From the IMG/VR virus record IMGVR_UViG_3300025150_000006, positions 41,231 through 105,230 of that record: DNA of 64,000 bases. The stretch is one strand, 5' to 3'. This stretch comes from a virus. Under the pieces are notes generated by a model. The model saw nothing but the letters and a program-made list of their open reading frames with translations. It made no database searches and was not told where the DNA came from. Within the stretch, counting starts at the first letter, position 1. Each line of letters starts with the position of its first letter. Positions 1-10,466 of the stretch are shown in pieces. The translations under genes were made by a program, and so were the position numbers.

Positions 1-1163
1 CGGTCGGTCATGTCGAAGACCCAACTCCAGTCAGGCAGCCGCTGGTCCGCACCCATCTCCTCCCAGGTGACCTGGAAGTTGGTGATGATCGAGAAGTCCG
101 GGTCTTGCAGAGCAAGGTCAACCTGCTCTCGCAAGTCCTCCGTCTGCTCAGCGTTCATGTCCTCGGCGTAGATCAACCGGTAGGGCGTCATGTGCCGGGA
201 AGCGATCGAAGTCAGTGATTGTCGGACCTTGTCGCGGAACACCAGTGTTCGGAGGCACCGTTCGAGGATGCTCTTGCCCCGTGGCTCGTACTGGGACTTC
301 TTCCGGGCCATGTTGTAGTAGAAGGAACCGGCCTCGGGGTCCGTGTTGAGAGGGACGTTCATCCCCTCTGAGATAGCGGCCACCACATCTTGTGGCATCG
401 AGTTCACGATGCGGATGGCGTTGGGGTCACCGGACTGGGCTCGATTGAAGATAGCCTTCGTCTTCGAGTCCGGGATCAGCTCGACCAGCTTCTCCTCGGT
501 GAAGGGGAAGCTCTCGATGTGAATCTGCTCCGGGGGCAGGGTCCGCACCGCAGACCAACCCTTGTAGTTCTTCTTGAGCCAAGCGACGGCCCGCTCCTTG
601 GCGTCCTCCCGAACGACCTTCCTCTCAACGACCTCGCCCTCCTTGGTGATCTCCCGAACGACCTCGTACTCGACCGTGTCGGGCATGTCGTCGGAGGTGT
701 CCTCACAGAAGATATGGGCCTCACCAAGCAGGTTCCACTCGTGACTGATCTCCATCAGCCGGTGAAGGAGACCCACCCGCTTCGCCCAGTTCTCACAGAA
801 CCGGAGAGCCGCAGCCGCCAACTTCTCGTTCTTCGCTGCGGGTTTACGAAGCCGTACCTTGGACAAGGGAAGCTCGTCGAGCAGGTCGATGGCCTGCCCC
901 ACGAAGGGGTCGTGGTCGTAGAAGAAGCGGAAATAGTTGCGCTTCTCGTCATCGGACTGGGGCAGCTCCAGGAAGTCCGTGGACAGCTCGGGGGAGTAGA
1001 AGTTGCCTCCGGCACCCATGGAGGTGTTGCCACCTCCGCCTGCCAGGGAAGCCGCCCGCATCGAAGAAGTGAGGATCTTGGTGGGCTTTCCCACGGTCAC
1101 ACCCGCACGCTCCGCAATCTTGCGGACCACAATGGTGCTGTCAGGGTCATTCGTCCTAGCCAT
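1..1163 (-). CDS. Portal protein (3' end runs off the window)
   Basis: Not in the ORF track. Manual translation from ATG at 1163 gives MARTNDPD...GNFYSPELSTDFLELPQSDDEKRNYFRFFYDHDPFVGQAIDLLDELPLSKV, which resembles large-phage portal N-termini. It lies three genes downstream of TerL and its start overlaps the stop of 1156..1710. Confidence 0.72.
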   Translation of the reverse strand, partial: MARTNDPDSTIVVRKIAERAGVTVGKPTKILTSSMRAASLAGGGGNTSMGAGGNFYSPELSTDFLELPQSDDEKRNYFRFFYDHDPFVGQAIDLLDELPLSKVRLRKPAAKNEKLAAAALRFCENWAKRVGLLHRLMEISHEWNLLGEAHIFCEDTSDDMPDTVEYEVVREITKEGEVVERKVVREDAKERAVAWLKKNYKGWSAVRTLPPEQIHIESFPFTEEKLVELIPDSKTKAIFNRAQSGDPNAIRIVNSMPQDVVAAISEGMNVPLNTDPEAGSFYYNMARKKSQYEPRGKSILERCLRTLVFRDKVRQSLTSIASRHMTPYRLIYAEDMNAEQTEDLREQVDLALQDPDFSIITNFQVTWEEMGADQRLPDWSWVFDMTD

Positions 1164-1710
1164 TCACCACCCCACCCACTAGACGCCTGAAGATGGCAAG
1201 GACGTAGCCGTCGTTGCCCTCCTCGCCTTGCTGGCGAGCAATCTCCAAGGCTCGTTGCCACAACACGCCCTGAGTCGGCAGAGCTTCAGAATCCAGCTCG
1301 GGCTCTTCCTCCACAGATTCTGGCTCTTCCTCGGGGACTACGTCCTTCCCCTCCAAGAATCCAAGCACCCGGCGAAGACGGTCCTGATACTCTTGCCCAC
1401 GACGAGAGGGCCTGGAAACTCCAGCGGAACGTTCTCTCCCCTCTAGCCAAGAACACAGGGCTCGGGCCTCCTGCTTGATGTCCACCTCCTCCGAGGTGCC
1501 TTCCAGGTGCCCTATGGCCCCAATCAGGCGCTCCGCCTTGGCCAGCCGAGCCAACTTATCCCGATAGGGCGCATCCTCAGAAGCCTGGGACCGGGATGCC
1601 TGAGCACACACTGCCAACGCTGCACGGACGGCCTGGTGGGCACGAGCCAGGTGCGTGTGCAGCTCACGGTCAGCAGATGACCGGGAAAGTGTGGCGCGAA
1701 GACGACCCAT
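1156..1710 (-). CDS. Hypothetical protein (184 aa)
   Basis: Tightly coupled between 1711..1965 and the portal; helical with an acidic linker. Confidence 0.7.
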   Translation of the reverse strand: MGRLRATLSRSSADRELHTHLARAHQAVRAALAVCAQASRSQASEDAPYRDKLARLAKAERLIGAIGHLEGTSEEVDIKQEARALCSWLEGRERSAGVSRPSRRGQEYQDRLRRVLGFLEGKDVVPEEEPESVEEEPELDSEALPTQGVLWQRALEIARQQGEEGNDGYVLAIFRRLVGGVVNG

Positions 1711-1965
1711 CTAGTCCCATTTCTCCTTCTTGGTCAGGTAGCCCTGCTTGAAAGCGACCTTGAGCACGGTCTTGAGCAGGTTGATGTCTTCCGCAGACCC
1801 GTCGAAAACCGACTTCCACGAACCACCAGCCTGAGAGAATACCCGTGAAACACGATCGAACTCACTGGGAACCGGTGTGATTTTGCCGTTGAGGACCAGA
1901 CTGGTCATCTTGAGCAAGAACCGATGGTCCGCACGAAGGGGCCACTGTGGGGTCAAACTTGCCAT
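1711..1965 (-). CDS. Hypothetical protein (84 aa)
   Basis: ATG 3 nt after the TerL stop; abuts the next gene. Confidence 0.7.
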   Translation of the reverse strand: MASLTPQWPLRADHRFLLKMTSLVLNGKITPVPSEFDRVSRVFSQAGGSWKSVFDGSAEDINLLKTVLKVAFKQGYLTKKEKWD

Positions 1966-1968
1966 GAA

Positions 1969-4900
1969 TCATCGGCCTCCCCGACCACGAGACGTATTCC
2001 GACTGAGGGCCGAGCGCTGCCGATCTGGGCTAGAACCACCCAGCCGAGTCCGAGCTGATGCCTTGCGCATCATCTTCGCCAGGTCCGTCGGGGTGGGGAT
2101 GTTCCCACGGTGCCCCGGTCGGGTGTCTGTACCTGCAATATACTTTCGCTTACCGATGTGCTGGGTAGCCTCCCAGACCATTCGGACGAGGGCGTCTGAG
2201 TAGTCATCGTACTTGCCAGGTGCATTGGGGGCCTCGACCGTGATGATGTACTTCGAGTGCATCTCCGCCTGAAGTTCCATCATCTCCGCGATGTACTCTG
2301 CGTGCCACTCCCCACCCTCGGTCTCGACCTCGGGAGCGTCGAACAACAGCACCTTGCCCTCGTACATGAGGGTTTTGAAGTTGGCGAAGACCTGACTGGT
2401 GAGCTGCTTCGTGAAGAACACCGACTCACACTGGATCAAACCCTTGTTGTGCAGAGCCGTCTCGAACGGGATACCGGCCCACTGATCAAACAAGCCCTTC
2501 TCGATATAGAACTTCCTCGACAACCCGTGGATCCACGCCGTGATGTCGTCGAACGACAAACGGGTCAGGTTCTTGTAGTTTCCTTCGCCCGCTCGGATGC
2601 GCTCAATGTGGTCGAGCACGATGTTGCTCTGGTAGTCGATATGGCCAATGGCAACCGCGCAGTAGTCACCATCCACCAGACCCGCCGAGATGTCGATGCC
2701 CATGAAGTGGGGGGCTCGGGCCGGAGCCTTGAGTGCAGGGCTGTGACTGTCATCCACACAACGCAACAGAGCATTTGGCTCCAGCCAGCCCTTGGTACGG
2801 TTGGTGAAATCAGCCCCGAACTCGGTGAAGAAGCTGTCCTGGTCCGTCTCATACTCTTCTGCGAGGAACGAAGCCTCCACCGTTGGGTTGACTTCCCAGG
2901 TCGGTGCCTGGATACAGAGCATGTTCTGGGAAGCCAGGCCACCCATGAACCCCTGACGGTACTTCCGATAGAAGAACCCTTGCTTGCCCAGGGGGCTGGA
3001 GATGGACAGGATGCGGCCTTCGACCTTGCCTACTGCTCGACGACGGTTGTTCGGGTCCTTGGGGGAGAAAGCGGCCAGCGAGGGCTTGACAGCTCGGTAG
3101 ATCTTGAGGGCGTCCGACTGCCCTGCATCGTTGAAGTGGGCAAGCTCGTCGAGGATGATGACGATGTTACCAGCACCACGGAGACCCTTGGCGACACAGC
3201 TCTTGAAACTGACCTTGATGGTGGCCTTGGCCGTGGGGTCGTCGGAGTACCGACCGAATCGCTGAATGTCCTCTGGCGACTGGAACTTCGCGTAGGACAT
3301 CGTGTTGTTGGCGGTGTAGGGCTTGTAGAAAGCACAGTTACCTGTGACAATGTTCCCCTCCAGGGTGAACGTCCCATGCCCCTCCACCGTGGCACAAAAC
3401 ACCTCCTCCACCCGATCAGTCGCCTCAACCGACCGGACAGTCCAATACTTGTGGCGCTGCGCCTTCCCACCCCCTGCGGAGAGGAAGTTCTCCCGGTGCT
3501 GCAGAATCACGAAAAAGGACTCATCCAGATGGCTCCGCTGGAGTGCAAGAGAAAACATCGTATGAGGCTGGCCCGTGAGGTTGGACACCCTATCTTCGCG
3601 GCGGATGGTGAACGTCCCAATCCCCAACACGGCGCACACGTCTCGGACAAACAGGAGGTTGGCCTCAACCGCACTGCTAATAATGACCTGACCACCCTTG
3701 GAGCAGGACCCGTCTGCGGCGAAGTAGCCCATCAGCCACCCCAACAGGTAGCTGTGGTTCTCCTCGATGGAGGGCAGTTCCCGGAAGAAGTTTGGCAAGG
3801 CTCCGAAGCGGGTGGCGTTGATGCCAGGCTGGTCCGTCGAGGGGCAAAGAGCAAAGTACGGCTGAAGGTGGGAGTCCTTCTCCCCCACCAAGTTCACCGA
3901 CGTGGCGTGACGCTGACCCTTTGAGGTGCTGCCGTCTCCAAAGGTAAACCCATGGGCGACACCGAAGGGTGAACCCGTCACCTTGTTCTTGTAGCTCCGG
4001 CCGTACACCTGCTGAAGCCGGTGCTTGCCGGGCCGCAATTCCGTGGTCTTGAACTCCCTGTAGCCCTTGCCTCGGTGTGGCTTCCGCTGGTCCAACGTGA
4101 GCCAACGGTGATCCCCCGTGCAGTGAATGACCTTCTCGACTCCTTGCCGGGAAAGCACCAACCTGTAGAGGCGCTGCCTGCCGAAGGACCGCACCGGTGC
4201 TGCTACCCAGGCCCCCTTCCCCGTCAGTACCGTGGGGGTCGTACCCGCCAACTCACCAATGGGTTTGATGCCATCAGCGGTAATCACCTCGGTGTCCCGA
4301 GCGAAACAGTTCGAGAAGTGACCGCTGGCCTCGTTGTACAACAGCCCGGCCTGATCCTTGTCCGTTGCGACCGAGATGAGCTGGATCACGTTCGTCTTGG
4401 GGATGCCGTAATAGAGCTGCGGGTTGTCCTTCAAGATGAGCTTGTAGACCTCGTAGGCCATCACGCAGGCACAGATGAACGTATTGTGGCTAGTCATTCC
4501 ATTGGCGACGAATGACTCCCCGTCGGGCACGTTCAGGTCAAACACCGGATTGACCCCTTCCTTGATGTCCTTCACGGGATCGAAGAAGTAGTCCAGATCC
4601 AACAGGTGCTCAAAGTGAGCGATGACCTCAGGGTCGGCCCCGAGCCCCCGAGCCACTGGCAGCACTTGCTCCAACCGGGGGTAGGTCATCTCGTCCAGGG
4701 CTGCCGGCTTGATCGTGTTGCCCAGTACCTCCCGTAGGGCCGACCGACTCCATGCTTTTTTCTGACCCGGACGGGGATGCACAACGGGCACAGACTCTAA
4801 GAGACGCCGTGCCCAATCCCTCTGATGGGGGATTGACTCGGCATCCCCCCCTTCCTTCCCAGCGGCCTCCAAGGACTGGAGCAGGGGGTCCATTTTCTTC

Positions 4901-6315
4901 CTAGAATCAAACCCCACCCGCTCTGCGAAGCCCCTCCTGTGCCGAAGTCCACGGATGGTCAGAATCCAATAGACATTGCCCTTGATGGTTTTGGGCTTGA
5001 TCCGGCTAACGATGCCCAGATTGAGCAACAGCGTCTGAACTTCCCGAGCAAGACGCCCACTGGCAGTGCTGTAGGATACGATCTTGCCTCCAGACTCGAC
5101 CCCGCCATCCGTCTCAAACAACCCACGCAAAAATGCCTGTACCACGGGACGAGGCGACTGAAGGATGGACCAGGGCACCATCTTGGCATCCCGGTCCGTT
5201 CCCAACCTGAACCCCAAGTCGTGAAGGAACGCCCGCATCCCCACGCTGCCAAACTTGATGGCCCCGGTGTTTTCCGTGCGCTTGTCCATCACCACGGAGT
5301 AACCGCCCAACAAGCCGGTGTAGAGGGCTTTCAGGGTGTCCCACGTCTCGTCATGCTCGACGGTGACCTCGACTCGGCCCTTGTAGTTCCACAGACCATC
5401 CCCCACAAGGTAGCCCAGAAAGCGTCCCCAGTCCTCCGTCAACTTGTCTGGGAACTTCAACTCCCGGTAGCCCGCGGCATTGTGGAAAGGAGTGCAGTCA
5501 ACGTACTCCGACGCCCACAGGTCAGTGTTCCGGTGGATGCACACCACGTCCCCGACTGCCAAATCCGCCAGATAACGCCAAGCCACCACACCTTGCTCAG
5601 TGAGCACCTTGATCCGGTGGTTGTCCGTCCCCCCTAGATGATAGCCACACCGGGTCGTCAGAGTTCGAGTTGCCTTCACCCCACCGTTGTAGAAATAGGC
5701 CGACCGGGACTTTTGAGCCCCCTCCTGAGCCACCCCCACTTCAAGGACTTGAACTTCAGGACCATCTGGGTCGCCCATTTCCTCGATGCGTCGGATGCCC
5801 CCATCCGTCAACACGAGACTGTCCCCGAGAATGCACTTGCCTGAACGACGACCGATGGAAAGCACCAGCTCTCGGCGCTCCTCCCCCGCGATGACCTCAC
5901 TGATGTTGCTGCGACCCTCATTGAACAGGAACCGGAGATACTCAGCCTCCGTCATGTACCGAGGGTTCTCTCGCCGCCAGTCTGTGATCTTGACCCGGAA
6001 CTTGTAGTACCCGGTCTCATCCTCCATCCCAGCCCCTTCAGCGACCACCTCTGCCTCGGAACCACCTTCATCAGGGAGGAAAGCCTGCTCCTTGTAGGCC
6101 GGATGATCTGTGGGGATGGGCTTGTTGAGGTCGAACCCATAGGGGTTGTCGTCGAGAGGGATGCCGTAATGGGCCTTCAAAATCACCCGCTGTACCGGGT
6201 ACAACGGAATGTTGAGTCCCCAGGTGGACTCGACAAACGTGATGATGTCAACCGCCCGATAACCAGACTGCTGTTGCCTGCCGGCTTCGAGGGCGATGTC
6301 CGCCAGGCGACTCAT
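1969..6315 (-). CDS. terL: Terminase large subunit with two inteins
   Basis: Adenine-binding LYPVQ, Walker A GRRSGK|T (split by intein 1), Walker B IIILDE, ISSP coupling motif, nuclease motifs FMGID and DDYSDAL; near the portal. Confidence 0.92.
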   Translation of the reverse strand: MSRLADIALEAGRQQQSGYRAVDIITFVESTWGLNIPLYPVQRVILKAHYGIPLDDNPYGFDLNKPIPTDHPAYKEQAFLPDEGGSEAEVVAEGAGMEDETGYYKFRVKITDWRRENPRYMTEAEYLRFLFNEGRSNISEVIAGEERRELVLSIGRRSGKCILGDSLVLTDGGIRRIEEMGDPDGPEVQVLEVGVAQEGAQKSRSAYFYNGGVKATRTLTTRCGYHLGGTDNHRIKVLTEQGVVAWRYLADLAVGDVVCIHRNTDLWASEYVDCTPFHNAAGYRELKFPDKLTEDWGRFLGYLVGDGLWNYKGRVEVTVEHDETWDTLKALYTGLLGGYSVVMDKRTENTGAIKFGSVGMRAFLHDLGFRLGTDRDAKMVPWSILQSPRPVVQAFLRGLFETDGGVESGGKIVSYSTASGRLAREVQTLLLNLGIVSRIKPKTIKGNVYWILTIRGLRHRRGFAERVGFDSRKKMDPLLQSLEAAGKEGGDAESIPHQRDWARRLLESVPVVHPRPGQKKAWSRSALREVLGNTIKPAALDEMTYPRLEQVLPVARGLGADPEVIAHFEHLLDLDYFFDPVKDIKEGVNPVFDLNVPDGESFVANGMTSHNTFICACVMAYEVYKLILKDNPQLYYGIPKTNVIQLISVATDKDQAGLLYNEASGHFSNCFARDTEVITADGIKPIGELAGTTPTVLTGKGAWVAAPVRSFGRQRLYRLVLSRQGVEKVIHCTGDHRWLTLDQRKPHRGKGYREFKTTELRPGKHRLQQVYGRSYKNKVTGSPFGVAHGFTFGDGSTSKGQRHATSVNLVGEKDSHLQPYFALCPSTDQPGINATRFGALPNFFRELPSIEENHSYLLGWLMGYFAADGSCSKGGQVIISSAVEANLLFVRDVCAVLGIGTFTIRREDRVSNLTGQPHTMFSLALQRSHLDESFFVILQHRENFLSAGGGKAQRHKYWTVRSVEATDRVEEVFCATVEGHGTFTLEGNIVTGNCAFYKPYTANNTMSYAKFQSPEDIQRFGRYSDDPTAKATIKVSFKSCVAKGLRGAGNIVIILDELAHFNDAGQSDALKIYRAVKPSLAAFSPKDPNNRRRAVGKVEGRILSISSPLGKQGFFYRKYRQGFMGGLASQNMLCIQAPTWEVNPTVEASFLAEEYETDQDSFFTEFGADFTNRTKGWLEPNALLRCVDDSHSPALKAPARAPHFMGIDISAGLVDGDYCAVAIGHIDYQSNIVLDHIERIRAGEGNYKNLTRLSFDDITAWIHGLSRKFYIEKGLFDQWAGIPFETALHNKGLIQCESVFFTKQLTSQVFANFKTLMYEGKVLLFDAPEVETEGGEWHAEYIAEMMELQAEMHSKYIITVEAPNAPGKYDDYSDALVRMVWEATQHIGKRKYIAGTDTRPGHRGNIPTPTDLAKMMRKASARTRLGGSSPDRQRSALSRNTSRGRGGR
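3337..4308 (-). mobile_element. Intein TerL-2 (324 aa, LAGLIDADG; Cys1 plus WCT signature)
   Basis: Begins CFARDTEV; block B TGDHRW; block F VFCATV; ends NIVTGN followed by Cys; endonuclease motifs HGFTFGDG and LMGYFAADG. Confidence 0.9.
4483..5835 (-). mobile_element. Intein TerL-1 (451 aa, class 1, LAGLIDADG homing endonuclease)
   Basis: Begins CILGDS directly after Walker A GK and ends FVANGMTSHN followed by Thr; LAGLIDADG motifs FLGYLVGDG and FLRGLFETDG. Confidence 0.93.
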
Positions 6316-6328
6316 TAGGTGGACCCTC

Positions 6329-7009
6329 CTAGATCGACTTCTTCATCCGCGTCTTCGCTTCGTCCTTCCAGTCATCATCCACCATGTTGGAGAACCGGCT
6401 GAAGACCGTCTCGATCTGCTCGGGTCGGAGGTGGGCGAAGTTCATCGCCTCACGGAAAGTGTCCATGATCTGTCGGAACAGCACCGCAAATGCTGGGGAC
6501 TCCATGTCGATATTCCGCGTGGTGAGCTGGTCCATACGCTTGAGCCACGTCTCTGCCGTGGCTCGAAGGGCCTGCACACGCTTCGAGGACAATCCTGATG
6601 TGTCCTTTCCCTCGCGAGCAGCCTCCAGGCGCTCGAACTTGAGGCTGGCAGCTTCCTCGCCGAGGCCCATGATGATGGCCTGGAGCAAGTCCGCCGATTC
6701 AGGATTACGCCGCATCTGCTCAAGGATGTCGTCGGCGTTCATCACCGCATCCTTGCGCTTGAGGACCTCCGCCACAGTGGCGTTGGCAGGACCAACATCC
6801 ACGACGTTCTTACGGCCTGGCTTCCCCTTCATAACGATGGGGTCGCCGAGCTTGTTCGTCTGAACTACGTCCGTGTCGGCAAGATCCGACACAGCCTTGT
6901 ACTTCTGCTCACCCTTGGCCGTCAGCACCCGCACACGAGTTGCACTTGGGGGAATCTTGGCCAGGAGGTCAGCTCGGAGCTGCTTATCCTGGGCACTCTT
7001 ACGGGGCAT
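6329..7009 (-). CDS. Hypothetical protein; positional candidate for terminase small subunit
   Basis: 226 aa basic/helical ORF immediately upstream of terL. The TerS function is inferred from position only. Confidence 0.6.
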   Translation of the reverse strand: MPRKSAQDKQLRADLLAKIPPSATRVRVLTAKGEQKYKAVSDLADTDVVQTNKLGDPIVMKGKPGRKNVVDVGPANATVAEVLKRKDAVMNADDILEQMRRNPESADLLQAIIMGLGEEAASLKFERLEAAREGKDTSGLSSKRVQALRATAETWLKRMDQLTTRNIDMESPAFAVLFRQIMDTFREAMNFAHLRPEQIETVFSRFSNMVDDDWKDEAKTRMKKSI

Positions 7010-7020
7010 GAGCGGGCCTC

Positions 7021-7563
7021 CTATGTGAACTCAGGCGGATAGGGTGACGGGTCGCCCTGGTCCATGAACCCTGGCTTGACCGTCGCCGCCAACACGAAAG
7101 CACTCGCGGCACCCCACTCTACCACCTCCATGCGATGCTCATCACCGTGGGCTACAGTCGTAGAGATCGTCACAGTGTCGATGCCATCCGAGACGGCCGT
7201 GAACCCAGGCAGAGCCAAGATAGCAGCCGCGAGGTTGGCGGCCAGAGCGATGTCGTTGGCCCCCACAGCGAAATCCACTCCGGGACGAAGCTCGAACGCG
7301 CCTACCCGGATGAGATGCTCGCCAGGCACACAGTTGGCCTGCACAACAGCAACATCAGCCGTGGCGGCTACGACCCCTCCTGGAGCCCTCACCCGAGCAA
7401 TCAGACCGTGACCCAAGCCACGCTTGACCCAGGAGAATGTCTCCGTCTGCCGAATAGGGGCAGGCTGCCCGAGGGCCTTGACCGTCTGGCTCGGATCCGT
7501 CCCAAACGGATGCACAGGGACATGAATCGTGAACGCCGGGCCACTGCGGAACTTGTCTGCCAT
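7021..7563 (-). CDS. Putative virion structural protein
   Basis: Ala/Val/Thr-rich, contains DFAVGANDIALAANLAAAI; lies in the structural gene run. Confidence 0.6.
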   Translation of the reverse strand: MADKFRSGPAFTIHVPVHPFGTDPSQTVKALGQPAPIRQTETFSWVKRGLGHGLIARVRAPGGVVAATADVAVVQANCVPGEHLIRVGAFELRPGVDFAVGANDIALAANLAAAILALPGFTAVSDGIDTVTISTTVAHGDEHRMEVVEWGAASAFVLAATVKPGFMDQGDPSPYPPEFT

Positions 7564-7572
7564 CGGATCCCC

Positions 7573-9834
7573 CTAGAAGTTCCAGCCATCACCGAACAGT
7601 ACGTCCCCGATGTTTTCCGTGACCGAGGGGTCATCCAACTCGACGTTCATCGAGTCACCGAGGTTGAACTCTCCGGGGTTGAACAGTGACGCCGTGATCT
7701 CGTGATCTGAAGCGTTGGCCACCTGGAGCATCTTCCGCTTGAAATCCGCCGCATCCTTCGGGATCTGGTGGAGAAGCTCCTTGCCGTACTTCGTGCAGAC
7801 ACCATTGGCGTTGGCCAACGTGCACCCAGCACATCGGTCCATCGCCTTGACGAACCGAATCTGGTTTGCCCGGTGCAACGACGCGGACTTCTCGCAACCC
7901 GTGGACCCCGTCTTCGACGCATAGGCCTCGGCGTCAACGTAGAGGTGACCCGAAAGCCCCTCGTGCTCGTCACGAAGCATCGCGATGAGACCCTCACCCG
8001 CTGCCCGCAGGGGGCTAGCAAACCGGATGGTCATCAGAGCCGTGAGGTCATCCCCCGCCATCCCCTCGGACATCTTCTGGCGGACCCAGCGGGCCATGCT
8101 CTGGAACTCGGCGACCCGGATTCCACTGGCAGCCGATGCCTGACGCATCGCCTCCTGATCGGCTGCCAGCTTCTTAGGCCTGGGACCCTGCTGGAGAGCC
8201 CGCTTGATGACGGGGCCACCGTACTCCTGAGCTGCCGCCGACCGCTTCATCGCGACCTTGCGAGTGCCCGAGGAGTTGGCGTAGGCCGTGGCCAGCTTGA
8301 GCATCTCCTCAGGAGTGCCCTGCTCTAGGGCCAGACGTGCCTCCTTCTCAGAAAGCTGCCCGGCATCTAGCATCGCTACAACGTGGGCACGAGCCTTGTT
8401 ACCCTGAACCCTGGACAGCTCCGCCTGAGCGAACGCGGTCCACACTTTTCGAACGGCCTGCCGATGAGCGGTGACTCGGGTGCCATCCCCATCGTACTGG
8501 GCCACCTTGGGCATCTGGTTCGCCCGAGCCAGAGATTCGGCAGCCTTGCGGATGGCCTCCGGGCTCGCCTTGGAGTGGCTGAGCTTGAGCACGTCAGCCT
8601 GGGAGATGAGCCCAGCCGCTCCTGCCTTCTGTACGGTCACCAGGGCCGCCTTACGGGCCCTGGCCTGGTCATCCCTGGCAACGACCTGCCGAACTTGGCG
8701 GGGGGCCTCAGCAGCCATCCTCCTGGCCTCTGAGAGGGTCACCCGGTCAGCCGGGCGGACATCCACCGGCTTCACCGAAGCAGTGTGCCCCACCTCACGA
8801 GGTCCAGTCAGGAACGCGAGCTGGAGGGTCTTCTTCGGGTCGCCACCGACGCTGGCCACCTTGTAGCCAGCCGCTGTCAAGTTCGCCGTGTAGATCTTGA
8901 GGGCCTTCTTCCAGGGCACCTCGGAGACCATCTCCATCCCGAGCTTGGCAGCAACCGCCGGATCCTCGGTGAGTACATAGCGAGCGGTACGAGCGACCTT
9001 CCGAAGCTCCTTGGCCCACTTGCCATTCCGCAGACCTGGAAAGGCACTGGCCCGAACAAACACGTTGCCCGCGACTCCGTGATCCGCTGCGATGATGCCT
9101 ACTGCCTTGGATGCCATCTTCTTGTCGAGGTTGGCGTGCAGGTAGTTGGCGATCTCCCCCATCGTCCGACCATAGTGGGACATCCGCACGGCCTTCTTGA
9201 GATGCCAGGAGGCATCCCCAGCATTCTTCCCTACACCAGGCGTCGCGGGACGACCGGACTCGATGGAGTCCTCGTAGTTCGCGATCTCCTTGTCCCGGTT
9301 CGGGACGAGAGCGAGACCATCCGTTCTCCGGTTCACACCCCAGGCCTCCTCCAGCTCGATGGAGGAGTTCAACGGGGGCTTGTCCGGGCGCAACTCCTTG
9401 GGGAGTCGGGCAGGGTCCTGCTCTTGAGTGGGGTCGAGCCAGCTCAGGTCCGCCAGACTGGCAGCGTGCTGCTCAGCAGCAGTCATGTGCAGGCCACCCT
9501 CGTTGGGGGACAGCATATCCCCCAGGTCGAAAACACCCTCGTCCTCGTCTACGAAGGACAGATCCCCAAAGTCATCGGCCTCCTTGGAGTCACCCTCGCC
9601 GCTCATGAGCCCATCGGGAAGAGCGGACATCCCCTTGGTCTGAGCAGGGGTGATGGGGCCTGACATACCACCCAGGTCCCCGTGGTTCCGAAGTCCCTCA
9701 CCCAAGGTCTGGTCGTGATGGAAACCATCAAGGCCATAGTTGGACCCTTCAGTCCAGGTGAAGTCATCCGACGGAAGGTCTGACCCCGCCATGAACGCAT
9801 CCTCCCAAGACGCCTGCTTCTTCTTGGTGCTCAT
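7573..9834 (-). CDS. Large hypothetical head-associated protein (753 aa) with C-terminal Cys cluster
   Basis: Acidic N-terminus, many [KR]xA[AGS] sites (KQAS, KNAG, KVAS, RMAA, KLAA, RQAS), and CEK...CAGC...C near the C-terminus. Confidence 0.75.
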   Translation of the reverse strand: MSTKKKQASWEDAFMAGSDLPSDDFTWTEGSNYGLDGFHHDQTLGEGLRNHGDLGGMSGPITPAQTKGMSALPDGLMSGEGDSKEADDFGDLSFVDEDEGVFDLGDMLSPNEGGLHMTAAEQHAASLADLSWLDPTQEQDPARLPKELRPDKPPLNSSIELEEAWGVNRRTDGLALVPNRDKEIANYEDSIESGRPATPGVGKNAGDASWHLKKAVRMSHYGRTMGEIANYLHANLDKKMASKAVGIIAADHGVAGNVFVRASAFPGLRNGKWAKELRKVARTARYVLTEDPAVAAKLGMEMVSEVPWKKALKIYTANLTAAGYKVASVGGDPKKTLQLAFLTGPREVGHTASVKPVDVRPADRVTLSEARRMAAEAPRQVRQVVARDDQARARKAALVTVQKAGAAGLISQADVLKLSHSKASPEAIRKAAESLARANQMPKVAQYDGDGTRVTAHRQAVRKVWTAFAQAELSRVQGNKARAHVVAMLDAGQLSEKEARLALEQGTPEEMLKLATAYANSSGTRKVAMKRSAAAQEYGGPVIKRALQQGPRPKKLAADQEAMRQASAASGIRVAEFQSMARWVRQKMSEGMAGDDLTALMTIRFASPLRAAGEGLIAMLRDEHEGLSGHLYVDAEAYASKTGSTGCEKSASLHRANQIRFVKAMDRCAGCTLANANGVCTKYGKELLHQIPKDAADFKRKMLQVANASDHEITASLFNPGEFNLGDSMNVELDDPSVTENIGDVLFGDGWNF

Positions 9835-10418
9835 GAAGGGCCTCCCTCGTCCATTTCAGCTTCTTCACCCTCGGCCCAATCCTCGGGGTCTTCCTTGATC
9901 TCATCCACGTCATCCATGATCTGCTGGACCTCTGAACGGGCGCGGGGGTCTCCACCGGAGTCGTTCACGTCGGGATGCCAGTGGATGGCCTTGATCTCAT
10001 CATCGAGTGTATCTGCAATGGAGGACAGAGCCTCATCACAGTTCGAGAGCTGCTTACGGATGTCCTTCACGGGCATCACATAGCCCTTGCCCCCGAGATT
10101 CCCATCAGGAGAGATCCTCTGACTCTTGATCTTCGTGAACGTCGTGCGGGCGGTCTGGATGTGACCAAGCGCCATCAGCACACTGCGGAGGGTCCGAGCA
10201 AGGGGCTCAAGATTCTTGCCGTCGAACTTGTAGTCGGGGTCGATGTTCCGCTCGGAAGAACCAGGTGGGTTCCAGCCCCACTCGTGGTGGTCCCCGCCCC
10301 GATCCTTAATGAACCGGACCTCGCCAGCCGTCTTCGACCGTGTCGGCCGCAAGGCCGCCCGCACGAAACGTGCAGTGACTCGCTCAACGGCTTGTTTCAT
10401 CTGGCGGTTATCGGACAC
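9831..10418 (-). CDS. Hypothetical virion-module protein with RVTARF motif
   Basis: GGAGG RBS and GTG start; N-terminal VERVTARFVRAA...KTAG. Confidence 0.8.
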   Translation of the reverse strand: MSDNRQMKQAVERVTARFVRAALRPTRSKTAGEVRFIKDRGGDHHEWGWNPPGSSERNIDPDYKFDGKNLEPLARTLRSVLMALGHIQTARTTFTKIKSQRISPDGNLGGKGYVMPVKDIRKQLSNCDEALSSIADTLDDEIKAIHWHPDVNDSGGDPRARSEVQQIMDDVDEIKEDPEDWAEGEEAEMDEGGPS

Positions 10419-10454
10419 GAGGGGTTCTCCTCCGGCTTCTACTGGTTCGCTGGT

Positions 10455-10466
10455 ATAGGCTCACTA
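10455..10466 (-). promoter_or_regulatory. Candidate late promoter TRNT-N4-CTAT
   Basis: TAGTgagcCTAT ~37 nt upstream of 10418; the same motif precedes five other genes. Confidence 0.5.

Noticed and set aside
2257-3924. Long plus-strand ORFs (e.g. 2257..3924, 29779..31035, 48001..49500, 56461..57588)
   Set aside because: They are antisense shadows of well-supported minus-strand genes, expected with high GC3, and show no motifs.
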